Virus record (IMG/VR): IMGVR_UViG_3300045988_056969
Coordinates: 46,751-110,750 of that record
DNA from: a virus
Strand: one strand, 5' to 3'
DNA length: 64,000 nt
Made by a program: the position numbers and the translations under genes. Positions 31,025-39,841 of the stretch are shown piece by piece. The notes under the pieces were generated by a model that was not told the DNA's origin, did not search any database, and saw only the letters and a list, made by a program, of their open reading frames with translations. Position 1 is the first letter of the stretch. Each line of letters begins with the position of its first letter.

Positions 31025-32983
31025 ATGACAACAGAAACTCTTATTGTAGCAGGTGTTATTGTATTGCTAGTAGTTTTAACCTTTATTGGACTTTTGTCAC
31101 GGTATCGTAAGTGTGCTAGTGATGAAATCTTGGTTGTGTTTGGTAAGGCTGGCAAGAAAAAGGTAGTTAACGAAAAGACTGGAAAGTCGGAGGAAGTTAT
31201 TCTGCCGTCCAAAATCATTCATGGTGGAGGTACATTCGTAATGCCAGTAATTCAAGACTGGGCTAAAATGTCCTTGAAACCTATCCAAATTCAAGTAAAT
31301 GTTACTGGTGTTTCCAGTCAAATGATTAAGGTAACTATTCCTGTAACATTGACCACTGGTATTGGAACTACTCAAACATTAATGCAAAATGCTGCAAGTA
31401 GATTCTTAACAGCTAAAACTTCTGAAATCTCAGACCAAATCAAGGATATTCTCATTGGTGAAGTGAGAAGCTTGATGGCTACAATGACGATTGAGGAAAT
31501 TAACGCTGATAGAATCAAGTTTATCGGCAAAGCTAAGGAGAATATTGAGACCGAGTTAAATAAGGTAGGTTTCAGTATTATCAACATTAACAATGCTGAT
31601 ATTTCGGATGATGCAAACTATATCAAGAATCTAGGTCAGAAAGCTGCAACTAAAGCTCTTGCTCAGGCACAAGCAGACATTGCAGAAGAGAAAAAGAAAG
31701 GAGATATTCAGATTGCAGAAACCAACAAGCAACGTGAAATTGCTGTAGCAGACGCTGAGAAAGAGCGTGAAACTACTGTTGCTCAGACTAGACAAGAGCA
31801 AGAGGTTCGTGTGGCAGAGATTAACCAGGAGAAGGAAATCAAACTTGCAGAAGCTGAGAAGAATAAGCAATCAGGTATTGCTAATCAGAAAGCTGAACAA
31901 GCTGCCAATATTGCTAAAGCTAATACTGCAGCGGAATCAGAGAAAGCTAAAGCAGAAGCTGAGAAAATTTCAGCTATAGCTAAAGCTCAAGCAGAAGCCG
32001 ATTCTAACAGAGCAGAGTCTGAATCACTGGCTGAGGCTAATGTAGCTAAGGCTAAAGCAGAAGCTGACTCTAAGAAAGCAGAAGCAGAAGCAGAGAAACA
32101 AACTCGTATTGCTCAGGCTAAACAAAAACAGGAAGCTGAGACGCAAAAGGCAATTAACGAACAGGAAGCTGCAGTTGCTAAGTATGAGTCAGACAAGCGT
32201 GTAAAGGCAGCTGAAGCTGATAAGATTGCAGGAGTGGCAGAACAAAATGCCACAATTGAAGTCTCTAAAGCTAAGGGAGAGGCCGAGAAAGCTAAGGCTG
32301 AAGCTGAAAAGGTAGCAGGAACTTCTAAGGTAGAAGCTCAAATGACTATCGAGAAAACTAAGCAAGAAAAGCAACTGGAAGTAAACGAAGCAGCTGCATT
32401 AGCTATGGAAGCTAAGCTTCATGCTGAGACGATTGTTCCTGCTCAAAAGGAGAAGGAACGTATCACGATTGAAGCAGAAGCTGTTAAGCAGAAAGCTGTA
32501 CTTGAAGCAGAAGCTAAGGCTGCTGAAATTCTGAAAGAAGCAGAAGCTAAAGCGAATGCTACAAAGTTGCAGCTAGAAGCCGAAGCTGAAGGTACAAGAA
32601 AGAAACTGCTTGCTGAAGCTGAGGGTAAGAGAGCATCTTTGATGGCTGAGGCTGATAAAGTCCAGGCTATTGAAATGGCTCCTGCTCTGGCAGTCCAGAA
32701 GATGATTGAATCTGGCTTGACTCCTGAAATGGTGGTTCAGTACAAGACAGTTGACCAGTTGACAGGTATTGCAGAAGCATCTGCTCAGATGTTTGAACAC
32801 GTTCACCTTGGACAGGTTACTGTTTATGGTAATGAGAATACCGCTGGTAATTTCATGGCTAAGACTGCTGAGAACTTGAATCCTGCTCTTGACTTATTAC
32901 GTTCTATTCCTTTCGCTGACACAGTAAAGGAAATGTTCGGAAAGAAGCAAGTAGAAGCTACTGAGTTTGAAGAAGTGAAGTAA
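31025..32983 (+). CDS. Flotillin-like SPFH/band-7 protein (652 aa) with a long Ala/Glu/Lys-rich coiled coil
   Basis: N-terminal TM segment plus SPFH core; EA/AEAEK repeats typical of FloT/YqiK. Confidence 0.8.
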   Translation: MTTETLIVAGVIVLLVVLTFIGLLSRYRKCASDEILVVFGKAGKKKVVNEKTGKSEEVILPSKIIHGGGTFVMPVIQDWAKMSLKPIQIQVNVTGVSSQMIKVTIPVTLTTGIGTTQTLMQNAASRFLTAKTSEISDQIKDILIGEVRSLMATMTIEEINADRIKFIGKAKENIETELNKVGFSIININNADISDDANYIKNLGQKAATKALAQAQADIAEEKKKGDIQIAETNKQREIAVADAEKERETTVAQTRQEQEVRVAEINQEKEIKLAEAEKNKQSGIANQKAEQAANIAKANTAAESEKAKAEAEKISAIAKAQAEADSNRAESESLAEANVAKAKAEADSKKAEAEAEKQTRIAQAKQKQEAETQKAINEQEAAVAKYESDKRVKAAEADKIAGVAEQNATIEVSKAKGEAEKAKAEAEKVAGTSKVEAQMTIEKTKQEKQLEVNEAAALAMEAKLHAETIVPAQKEKERITIEAEAVKQKAVLEAEAKAAEILKEAEAKANATKLQLEAEAEGTRKKLLAEAEGKRASLMAEADKVQAIEMAPALAVQKMIESGLTPEMVVQYKTVDQLTGIAEASAQMFEHVHLGQVTVYGNENTAGNFMAKTAENLNPALDLLRSIPFADTVKEMFGKKQVEATEFEEVK

Positions 32984-32988
32984 TCACA

Positions 32989-33038
32989 GCGAAGGGGCTT
33001 TACAAAGAATTAGTAAAGTATAACAAAAGCCCCTTCGC
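32989..33038 (+). terminator. Large stem-loop GCGAAGGGGCTTT...AAAGCCCCTTCGC after the flotillin gene
   Basis: Perfect 13-bp inverted repeat right after the TAA stop. Confidence 0.4.
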
Positions 33039-33043
33039 AATTT

Positions 33044-33131
33044 GGAGGTATGGGTGAGCGGTCTAAACCAGAGTCCTGCTAAGACTCCGGGCCTCAAAAG
33101 GGTCCCGCTGGTTCGAATCCAGCTGCCTCCG
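33044..33131 (+). tRNA. tRNA-Ser (anticodon GCT), type II
   Basis: GGAGGTA/TGCCTCC; anticodon arm GAGTC-CTGCTAA-GACTC; long variable arm; T-arm GCTGG-TTCGAAT-CCAGC; discriminator G. Confidence 0.75.
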
Positions 33132-33155
33132 CATTAACTTAAATAATTATTAGAT

Positions 33156-33575
33156 ATGAGCGAATGGAAATACATAGATTCAATCGCAGAGCTATCCGAT
33201 TTTGAATGTGCACACTGCGATACAAGAGATTTTTATATGGTTACTTATGATACTATAAGTCAACCTTGGAAAGTATTAAATAAATTCCTGAAAAAGAATA
33301 GAATTATAGTAGAACAATGTTCGTTTAATAAGGACGAGATTATTCCCTTACTAAAGAGTTTAGAGACTGCATCGGGTGGTGAGGGAGACTGGAGGCATTT
33401 GGTATTGGATTCTATTGACCATTGGTGGATAAAGTATATCCGTTTCCAGAGACTTAGTAATGGACAATACTTTTGTTTTACTGATTCTGCTGATACTATT
33501 ATTCCGCTTTATAAGGATAAACTTAAGGCAGAGTTCGTGAATCAGGATGAAAATCATAAAGTTCATGGAAGATAA
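33156..33575 (+). CDS. Hypothetical protein
   Basis: ORF track. Confidence 0.45.
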   Translation: MSEWKYIDSIAELSDFECAHCDTRDFYMVTYDTISQPWKVLNKFLKKNRIIVEQCSFNKDEIIPLLKSLETASGGEGDWRHLVLDSIDHWWIKYIRFQRLSNGQYFCFTDSADTIIPLYKDKLKAEFVNQDENHKVHGR

Positions 33576-33801
33576 AATTGAAATATTTAGAAGCCTTCAT
33601 AAAGAATTTCTCAGTATGCTTCTAGATGATACTTGGCTATGTGAGGAGCCTATTGAACTAGCAGAAGTAGAAGCGTGTTGGCAGTGGGCTATAGAAGTAG
33701 GAGAAGAAGTTGTTCCGTTAGAAGACTTTGAAAAAGAATTTAAGTTTTCTTTACAGGATTTAACTAACTGGTGGAACAAAAAAATACTAGAATTGGAATA
33801 A
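33547..33801 (+). CDS. Hypothetical protein
   Basis: ORF track. Confidence 0.4.
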   Translation: MKIIKFMEDKIEIFRSLHKEFLSMLLDDTWLCEEPIELAEVEACWQWAIEVGEEVVPLEDFEKEFKFSLQDLTNWWNKKILELE

Positions 33802-34056
33802 CTGATAGTTGAAAGTGCACTTAGTAGACTATCGACTGCATAGACCCCTTATGTAGTATATAGAGTGGATGGCTGAGGGATAAATCCAGCAAAACGTTAT
33901 TAGTAGTGCACAATGCTAATAACCTTAAGTCCGTTGAAGTCGCCTTAGTACGTGCGTAACATACTCGGAAATGCATAACTTGCTTTGGGACTCTTTTCCA
34001 TAGATGAAGGTTTTATCCGTTTACTTCATCTATGCCTTTACATTATAAACGGATAT

Positions 34057-34133
34057 GGGACGATAGCTCAGTAGGTAGAGCGCTGGACTGAAAATCCAGG
34101 ACGTTAGCGGCAGTTCGATCCTGCCTCGTCCCA
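34057..34133 (+). tRNA. tRNA-Phe (anticodon GAA); unusual 9-nt variable region
   Basis: GGGACGA/TCGTCCC; D GCTC/GAGC; anticodon arm CTGGA-CTGAAAA-TCCAG; T-arm GGCAG-TTCGATC-CTGCC. Confidence 0.7.
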
Positions 34134-34164
34134 CTTGCATTGTGTGTTTTTCATGGTAAATAGA

Positions 34165-34190
34165 CTTAGTGGTTCGTGAGAATAGCTAAG
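34165..34190 (+). other. Conserved stem-loop motif, copy b (CTTAG-TGGTTCGTGAGAATAG-CTAAG), 7 nt upstream of the next tRNA
   Basis: Same loop sequence as copies a and c with a different stem. Confidence 0.5.
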
Positions 34191-34197
34191 CCAAAAT

Positions 34198-34270
34198 TGG
34201 GCTATGGTGTAATGGTTAGCACTACAGATTTTGATTCTGTCAGTCTAGGTTCGAGTCCCTCCTACCCTAC
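34198..34270 (+). tRNA. tRNA-Gln-like (anticodon TTG); D-arm identical to the CTA suppressor; T-arm and acceptor irregular, so possibly degenerate
   Basis: TGGGCTATGGTGTAATGGTTAGCAC...ACAGA-TTTTGAT-TCTGT; acceptor TGGGCTA/TACCCTA with one C-C mismatch; T-stem pairs only 2-3 bp. Confidence 0.45.
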
Positions 34271-34455
34271 AACTTTTATTTATTAAGTAATATGAAAGAG
34301 TTAAGTGAAATTATTCAGGAGATGGTAGACAATGGCAATTCCATGGGTCAAATGGACCTAAAAACTGCCATAGTGTTTGTTACAGAGGCTTACGAATCTG
34401 GTATGGAAAAGGCTCGTTCTCTCATAACTAATGAACATAACGAGGAGGATTACTA

Positions 34456-35868
34456 ATGACCGTAGAAGAATTAGAAGGTAAGCTGACTAATATCTACCAT
34501 GAATTTGCTGAAACAATCTCTGAAAATGAGACTGATGAGCAAATAGTTGCCCGTTCTAAAGAGTGGTTTGTAAAAAGACTCTCAGAGGAAACTGATAACA
34601 AAGAAGCTATAGAATCTATAGCTAATCAATTAGTAGGATGTCTCAAACAGGCATCTGTTTTAAGTAACCTAGAAAAAGAAAAAATGAACAAAGTTTGGAT
34701 GTGTTCTGGGTCTACATATACCCAGGTAAGCTCAGGCTATAGCGTTGAGCAGTCTCTCCCAGTTGGAATCTACAGTATTTGTCTGACAATGACAGGTTAT
34801 CACCTAGACAGATATGCGGATAAGTTTGTATTCCCGTACAAAATGTATGGTTTGCAGAACGAGTTTATTGACCATGTAATTAAGACGTATCACGCTACAG
34901 AAGGCAATCTCGGAATTATGCTTACTGGTACAAAGGGCACTGGAAAGACTGTTACCGCTAAGGAACTAGCTAACAAGCTAAATCTGCCCATCATTATCGT
35001 AAAGGATATGGGAGACCATAATCAATCTATGATTGAGTTCCTTTCTGGTATTGAAGGAGATTGCATTCTGTTCTTGGATGAATTTGAAAAGAATTTCAGT
35101 GAATCGGATTCTACTATCTTGCAAATCATGGACGGTGTTTACAACTCTAAGTATCGCAAGGTTTTCCTGCTTACTACTAATGCCATGACCATCAATGAGA
35201 ATATGGTAGGACGTCCGTCTAGAATCCGTTATGTCAAGGAATTTGGCAACTTGGATTTGAAGGTTGTGAACGAATATCTGGACGACGCACTTCAAGTGCC
35301 GGAAGCTCGTCAAGATTTGCTTGATTTCATTGATTCTTTGACTATATCTACTATTGATATTCTCAAAACTATAGTTAATGAGGTCAATATTCACGGTATA
35401 GAAGGATTGAGAAGAGCTAAGAGCTTCTTCAATGTAGTAACTAATGAGTATGACTATTCCTGCGTCAGAGGTTATGCATATGCTTATGAGATTTCTGCTG
35501 ATAAGAATAAATTCTCTATTGAAGAGTTCTCTAAAGCTGTTGAGAGATTCAACAATCCGATGCCAAAGCCCATTGTAGACGATGAGGATAACTGTACTGT
35601 TGAGGAAAGAAAAGCTCTTAACGAGTATTATGAATATCGCCGCCACAATTTCCACAGTCTGTCATATTTCTATGTATCCTCGGATATTAAGTTCGCAAAT
35701 CTGTCAGTTGGAGACGACTTCTATGATGAGGAAATCATTGCGATTGACAAAAAGTTGGGAATCGTAGTTACTAAGGAAAATAATGAGGTTAACTACTACT
35801 GGGTTAAAGATCCAAATAGTAAACCGTCTCTGTATCGTAGAGGTACTTACAACTCTTTGGTACTATAA
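34456..35868 (+). CDS. AAA+ ATPase (470 aa), function unknown
   Basis: Walker A GTKGTGKT; Walker B ILFLDEFEK. Confidence 0.6.
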   Translation: MTVEELEGKLTNIYHEFAETISENETDEQIVARSKEWFVKRLSEETDNKEAIESIANQLVGCLKQASVLSNLEKEKMNKVWMCSGSTYTQVSSGYSVEQSLPVGIYSICLTMTGYHLDRYADKFVFPYKMYGLQNEFIDHVIKTYHATEGNLGIMLTGTKGTGKTVTAKELANKLNLPIIIVKDMGDHNQSMIEFLSGIEGDCILFLDEFEKNFSESDSTILQIMDGVYNSKYRKVFLLTTNAMTINENMVGRPSRIRYVKEFGNLDLKVVNEYLDDALQVPEARQDLLDFIDSLTISTIDILKTIVNEVNIHGIEGLRRAKSFFNVVTNEYDYSCVRGYAYAYEISADKNKFSIEEFSKAVERFNNPMPKPIVDDEDNCTVEERKALNEYYEYRRHNFHSLSYFYVSSDIKFANLSVGDDFYDEEIIAIDKKLGIVVTKENNEVNYYWVKDPNSKPSLYRRGTYNSLVL

Positions 35869-35895
35869 AACTTGGGGAGCTAGTCTCCCCTTTAT

Positions 35896-35969
35896 GTCTA
35901 GATGCCCGAGCGGTCTAAGGGAACGGTCTGCAAAACCGTGTTTCGTGGGTTCGAATCCCACTCTAGATT
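35896..35969 (+). tRNA. tRNA-Cys (anticodon GCA), discriminator U
   Basis: GTCTAGA/TCTAGAT; anticodon arm ACGGT-CTGCAAA-ACCGT; T-arm GTGGG-TTCGAAT-CCCAC. Confidence 0.7.
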
Positions 35970-35989
35970 CTACACTAATCTTATTGCTT

Positions 35990-36418
35990 ATGGATAGAGA
36001 ATTGAGAAGAGAACTTTCTAAAAGAAAGTGGATTTCGAGAGCTAAAAAGGTTTACAACGCTTGCGGTAAATTTTACGTACCTGTTGCCGGGATTAAAGCC
36101 AATGTAAGGTATAATGTTCCTATAATAAGGAATAAGGCGTTGAAGGTCTGTGAGTCAATTACGGATTTCCTTGATAGTTCTAAATACGCAAAGATGCTTA
36201 AGAATTGTACTTCTCCTTATAGAAGCAGAATGATGCAATATGAATACAAGAAAGAGAATAGAAAGGACAGATATAAAGCAAAAAGAGATATTCAAGAAGG
36301 TATTCAAGAATATGAATCTAGGGACAATCTTTCGTGTTCATCCTGCATTTTCTATGATAAAGGCTTTTGCGAAAAGGGATTATTAATGACTGAAAACTGC
36401 CCAGAATATTGGGATTAA
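35990..36418 (+). CDS. Hypothetical Cys-containing protein (track ORF trimmed to the ATG downstream of the tRNA)
   Basis: ORF 35783-36418 overlaps tRNA-Cys; the first ATG after the tRNA is at 35990. Confidence 0.45.
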   Translation: MDRELRRELSKRKWISRAKKVYNACGKFYVPVAGIKANVRYNVPIIRNKALKVCESITDFLDSSKYAKMLKNCTSPYRSRMMQYEYKKENRKDRYKAKRDIQEGIQEYESRDNLSCSSCIFYDKGFCEKGLLMTENCPEYWD

Positions 36419-36421
36419 AGT

Positions 36422-36781
36422 ATGGACAAGTATATTAATGGAAGTTTAGTAAAGAGAGTTTTAGTTTTTAAAACTAGAAAGCATCCTGATTGGGTACATT
36501 ATGTGAACGATTACCGATTCTTGTTTTGGAAAATACATCGAGATTATTGGTATTATTGGGACCCATGTTTTGGAACTTATACGGAAGAAAAAATGATTTC
36601 ATCTTTAGAGAAGAGATATGCCTTCTACAAGGATGGAATAGTATATCAGAAACCTCATATCATTTTAGAGTTCTCTAAAAGACATGATGAATCTATCTAT
36701 TTTGATAGTGACGAAGAAATGGAGGGATGGTTTGAATCCTTCATGGAAGAATTTGGAAAACCGTTTATTTACATAGACTAA
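36422..36781 (+). CDS. Hypothetical protein
   Basis: ORF track. Confidence 0.45.
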   Translation: MDKYINGSLVKRVLVFKTRKHPDWVHYVNDYRFLFWKIHRDYWYYWDPCFGTYTEEKMISSLEKRYAFYKDGIVYQKPHIILEFSKRHDESIYFDSDEEMEGWFESFMEEFGKPFIYID

Positions 36782-36902
36782 TACCTTTATCCCAGTTTAG
36801 AGCTTAGCTCAAATAGTGAATAATAGTAGCTATTGGTTAAAACGAGGTGGAGTGCCAGACGAAAGACTGGAATTAACATAGTTTAACTTTGAATCTCTGA
36901 CT

Positions 36903-37247
36903 ATGCGGAGTGTTATTATGGCAGAATTGATTTTCTTAGCTAATGGAAAATGCGACTTGAAGTTCCACGCTCATCCCAAGAATTTCAAAAGGGTTGAGAA
37001 GTTCAACTACAAAAAGAACTTTTTCAAGGTTTACGTTGACCGAAACGACAGCGTTTACGAGATAACTCGCTGCGAGGTGGTTACATGGAAAACCATAGAG
37101 AAAGGCAAGAAGAAATTTAACGTCCCTGACGAGGTGAAAGAAACTCGTGATGCTCACTTGTTTGACAAAATTAAGGGGAATCCGTTCAAAATCGCTATTA
37201 CTAAGATAGCTGGCGAGATTGATATGCAGGAGCTGTTATCTGAGTAA
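36903..37247 (+). CDS. Hypothetical protein
   Basis: ORF track. Confidence 0.45.
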   Translation: MRSVIMAELIFLANGKCDLKFHAHPKNFKRVEKFNYKKNFFKVYVDRNDSVYEITRCEVVTWKTIEKGKKKFNVPDEVKETRDAHLFDKIKGNPFKIAITKIAGEIDMQELLSE

Positions 37248-37282
37248 TTCGTTTAGGAGAGTATCGTAAAACTCTCCATTAT

Positions 37283-37357
37283 GCAGGTGTGGTGTTAATG
37301 GATTGAGCACGCCAGACTTCCAATCTGGAGGGGAGAGTTCGAGTCTCTCTACCTGCA
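37283..37357 (+). tRNA. tRNA-Gly (anticodon TCC)
   Basis: GCAGGTG/TACCTGC; D GTGT/GCAC; anticodon arm CCAGA-CTTCCAA-TCTGG; T-arm GAGAG-TTCGAGT-CTCTC. Confidence 0.75.
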
Positions 37358-37362
37358 CATTT

Positions 37363-37434
37363 GTGGGCATAGCACAACGGTTAGTGCATCGGCTTGCCAT
37401 GCCGAGGATGTGAGTTCGATTCTCATTACCTACT
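37363..37434 (+). tRNA. tRNA-Gly (anticodon GCC); one acceptor mismatch
   Basis: GTGGGCA/TACCTAC; D GCAC/GTGC; anticodon arm TCGGC-TTGCCAT-GCCGA; T-arm GTGAG-TTCGATT-CTCAT. Confidence 0.6.
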
Positions 37435-37449
37435 CAAAATTTAAGTTTT

Positions 37450-37674
37450 ATGAAAATAAAGTGTACAGTATGTAATAAAGAATTTTATTATGGAGACCAT
37501 AACTCTCCAATGTTTATTGATGAGGTTTGGAACAAGATAATAAATTACTTTAAGCTAACCAATTTTGAAAAAGAAGCTGCAAAGAAATTCTCCTCTTATT
37601 ACAAAGGGGAGGTAAAGATTATTATCCAGACCACCATGTGTTTATCTGTAGCGAATGTGCGGAGAAGGCTCTAG
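37450..37674 (+). CDS. Small zinc-ribbon protein; the C-terminal CxxC continues in the -1 frame (frameshift or sequencing error)
   Basis: CTVC...then HHVFICSECAEKALGREITDKD is encoded in another frame around 37615. Confidence 0.35.
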   Translation: MKIKCTVCNKEFYYGDHNSPMFIDEVWNKIINYFKLTNFEKEAAKKFSSYYKGEVKIIIQTTMCLSVANVRRRL

Positions 37675-37752
37675 GTAGGGAAATAACTGATAAGGATATT
37701 AATGATTCATTATTTAATATCCCATTTAGAGAGAAGTACTTTAAATCTTAAT

Positions 37753-37837
37753 ATCCGTGTGGGTGAATGGTTTAGCCATCAGTCTGCAAAACTGAAAAGA
37801 GAAATCTTTAATGAGGGTTCGAATCCCTCCACGGATT
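37753..37837 (+). tRNA. Atypical type-II tRNA with anticodon GCA (Cys), a 17-nt variable arm and discriminator U
   Basis: ATCCGTG/CACGGAT perfect acceptor; anticodon arm TCAGT-CTGCAAA-ACTGA; variable hairpin AAAGA-gaaa-TCTTT; T-arm GAGGG-TTCGAAT-CCCTC. Confidence 0.55.
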
Positions 37838-37848
37838 CTAATTTTAAA

Positions 37849-38493
37849 TTTAAAAATATGGCATATATTTATTGCATTACAAATTTAATTAATAGCAAGC
37901 GATACGTAGGAAAAACTACTACTTCTATAGAAGAGCGCTGGAAGGAACATTGTTATGACTTTTAGAAAGAAAGATGCAACAAAAGACCTTTATATGATGC
38001 CATGAATAAGTATGGTGTTGAGAACTTTATGATAGAGGAATTGGAATATGTAGATAGTAACTCTGAATTATCTGAAAGAGAAATCTATTGGATAAAAGAG
38101 CTAGGAACTTATGGTTCTAATGGGTACAATGCCTCTAAAGGAGGAGATGGCACTATTCTATACAATCATAGTGAAATTGTAGAATTAGCTAGATTGGGAT
38201 ATACTAGTTCTTAGATACAAGAAAAAATAGGGTGCTGTAAAGACACTATTTACAAAGTTTTGAAGGCAAATAATATAAAAATTAGAAAAAGTAACGCAAA
38301 GTTAATTGCTTAGTATGACTTAGCAGGTAATTTTATACAGGTATTCTTTGGTTCCAGAGAAGCTTAGGAATGGTTAATTAATAACGGAATTACTGACAAT
38401 AAATCTGCATAGAGTCATATTATAGGATGCTGTAAGAATAAAACCAAATCATAGTATGGCTACATTTGGAAATATCTTCCAGAGCCTATTTAA
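37849..38493 (+). CDS. GIY-YIG homing endonuclease (about 214 aa) with 6 in-frame TAG; track fragments 37702-37965 and 38002-38214 are pieces of it
   Basis: MAYIYCITNLINSKRYVGKTT...EERWKEHCYDF-Q-KERC...NKYGVENFMIEELE...REIYWIKELGT..GYN is collinear with I-TevI. The C-terminus IGCCKDTIYKVLK...KSQYGYIW (NUMOD-type DNA-binding region) is reached only by reading through TAG at 38212, 38338, 38386, 38428 and 38464. Confidence 0.7.
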
Positions 38494-38610
38494 TCTTTAA
38501 ATCACTGTTTCGACATTTTCAGTCTAAATGCCGTGTCTGAAGACGTTACCAACCAGTCGTGCTATACGGTTAGAATAGTCCGTGCCTCACTGGTGATAGA
38601 GGCATCCCTG

Positions 38611-38634
38611 GGTAGCGGATGTAAAGTGGCTACC
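38611..38634 (+). other. Stem-loop GGTAGC-ggatgtaaagtg-GCTACC immediately 5' of a tRNA (same stem as motif copy c, different loop)
   Basis: Direct reading. Confidence 0.35.
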
Positions 38635-38639
38635 AATAT

Positions 38640-38718
38640 CGTGGAGTAGAGAAGTGGTCATCTCGCTAGGCTCATAACCTAGAAATCGTCATAAACGGTT
38701 CGAATCCTACCTCCGCAA
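38640..38718 (+). tRNA. Initiator-like tRNA-Met (anticodon CAT; C1 x A72 mismatch); T-arm poorly paired, so possibly degenerate
   Basis: CGTGGAG/CTCCGCA-A; D GAGA/TCTC; anticodon arm CTAGG-CTCATAA-CCTAG; the T region AAACGGTTCGAATCCTAC pairs poorly. Confidence 0.4.
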
Positions 38719-38962
38719 CGAAACTCCTTTTGTGGCCCTGAATTAGATTAATTATTAACAATTTTAAACTTTGATGTTATGAAGAAAGTAATTAATGTTG
38801 TGAAGAAAGCTGCTAAGTGGTATTTTGAACAGAGTTCTAAGAGCTATACATGGTTAGTTTCTGGAACTATTCCGCCTCCTTATAGAGGTCTAGAGTAAAG
38901 ATACTACTAAAAGGTAAGTACCAAAGGGGTACTTATCTACACCCGTGGAGAAAATTAACTAT

Positions 38963-39034
38963 TGGGGTATAGTTCAAAGGTCAGAACTTTTGACTGTTAA
39001 TCAAAGAATCATGGTTCGAGTCCATGTGCCCCAG
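38963..39034 (+). tRNA. tRNA-Asn (anticodon GTT)
   Basis: TGGGGTA/TGCCCCA; D GTTC/GAAC; anticodon arm TTTGA-CTGTTAA-TCAAA; T-arm CATGG-TTCGAGT-CCATG. Confidence 0.75.
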
Positions 39035-39559
39035 CTATTGACCTTATATTAGATTATGCATCAGTGTGATTATTGTTGTTGGTACTACAGTGGAAATTGT
39101 GATTGTCCATATGTAATGAAGAAACAAGCGTGTGAAAATGCTTTGAAAACTAAAGAGAGAAATGAAAGACCTATTAGAAAAGTACAAAATGTTTCAAACT
39201 CCAAAACTAGCTAATGAGATTTCATGGAAAGACATGAAGGAATTTAACTCTTATATGAAAGAAGTAGTTCGTGATTATAAGATTAAACAGGCTAAATCAA
39301 TTCAGAGTGCTAGAAACGTAATAATATCCTGACCTGGCAAGGTAAAAATCCATTCGGGGTTTAAGTTGAAGCCAGTCCCTGCGAAATCATAGAGACCTTT
39401 TCTGACACGATAGTCGATGAACTGAGAGTAGCATGGTTGCGGACTTATGCTACTAGAACATGATTCAAACAAAAAAACTTATCTGGTGTTGTTAAGTTGT
39501 GGAATCTTAACAGTGGAAATTTATGGGTATGTCACCAATTAAAAAGAAAATCCCAAAAA

Positions 39560-39632
39560 TGGGCCGTTAGCTCAAATGGCTAGAGCGCTGGTTTTGCACA
39601 CCGGAAGATAGGGTTCGAGTCCCTGCGTGTCC
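39560..39632 (+). tRNA. tRNA-Ala (anticodon TGC) with G3-U70, but acceptor positions 5-7 are not complementary
   Basis: GGGCCGT vs CGTGTCC; D GCTC/GAGC; anticodon arm CTGGT-TTTGCAC-ACCGG; T-arm TAGGG-TTCGAGT-CCCTG. Confidence 0.5.
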
Positions 39633-39841
39633 ACAAACTTTATTTAAAAAATTATGAAAGTATATGTAGTTGTAGTAAATTATCACCAGCTAATGCTCCT
39701 CAAAATTATGAAACTGATTGCCAAATCTTCTTAGACAAGAAACAGGCAGAGAAGTATAAAGAGGCTAAGGAAAAAGAGTTTCCTATTAGATGGGGAGGAG
39801 AGTATAATCATTGTAAACTAATTAAAAAGCATTTGTAATAT

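Noticed and set aside
31018-32806. Minus-strand ORFs antisense to the flotillin gene (31018-31218, 31097-31375, 31372-31593, 31631-31870, 32189-32374, 32573-32806), the antisense ORF 34978-35655, and 52672-53102 and 59730-60103
   Set aside because: Low-complexity antisense translations of clearly coding plus-strand genes.
35783-36418. N-terminal 69 codons of this track ORF, and similarly the starts of 37702-37965, 26479-26664, 20060-20362 and 43287-43505
   Set aside because: These segments lie over well-formed tRNA genes. The ORFs were trimmed to the first ATG downstream of the tRNA or discarded.
38521-38640. Possible additional tRNA or tmRNA upstream of the Met-like tRNA
   Set aside because: Only generic hairpins (GCCTC...GAGGC, GGTAGC...GCTACC). 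There is no T-loop or tag-peptide reading frame.
39340-39545. Possible ncRNA in the spacer before tRNA-Ala
   Set aside because: No recognisable family features; left unannotated.
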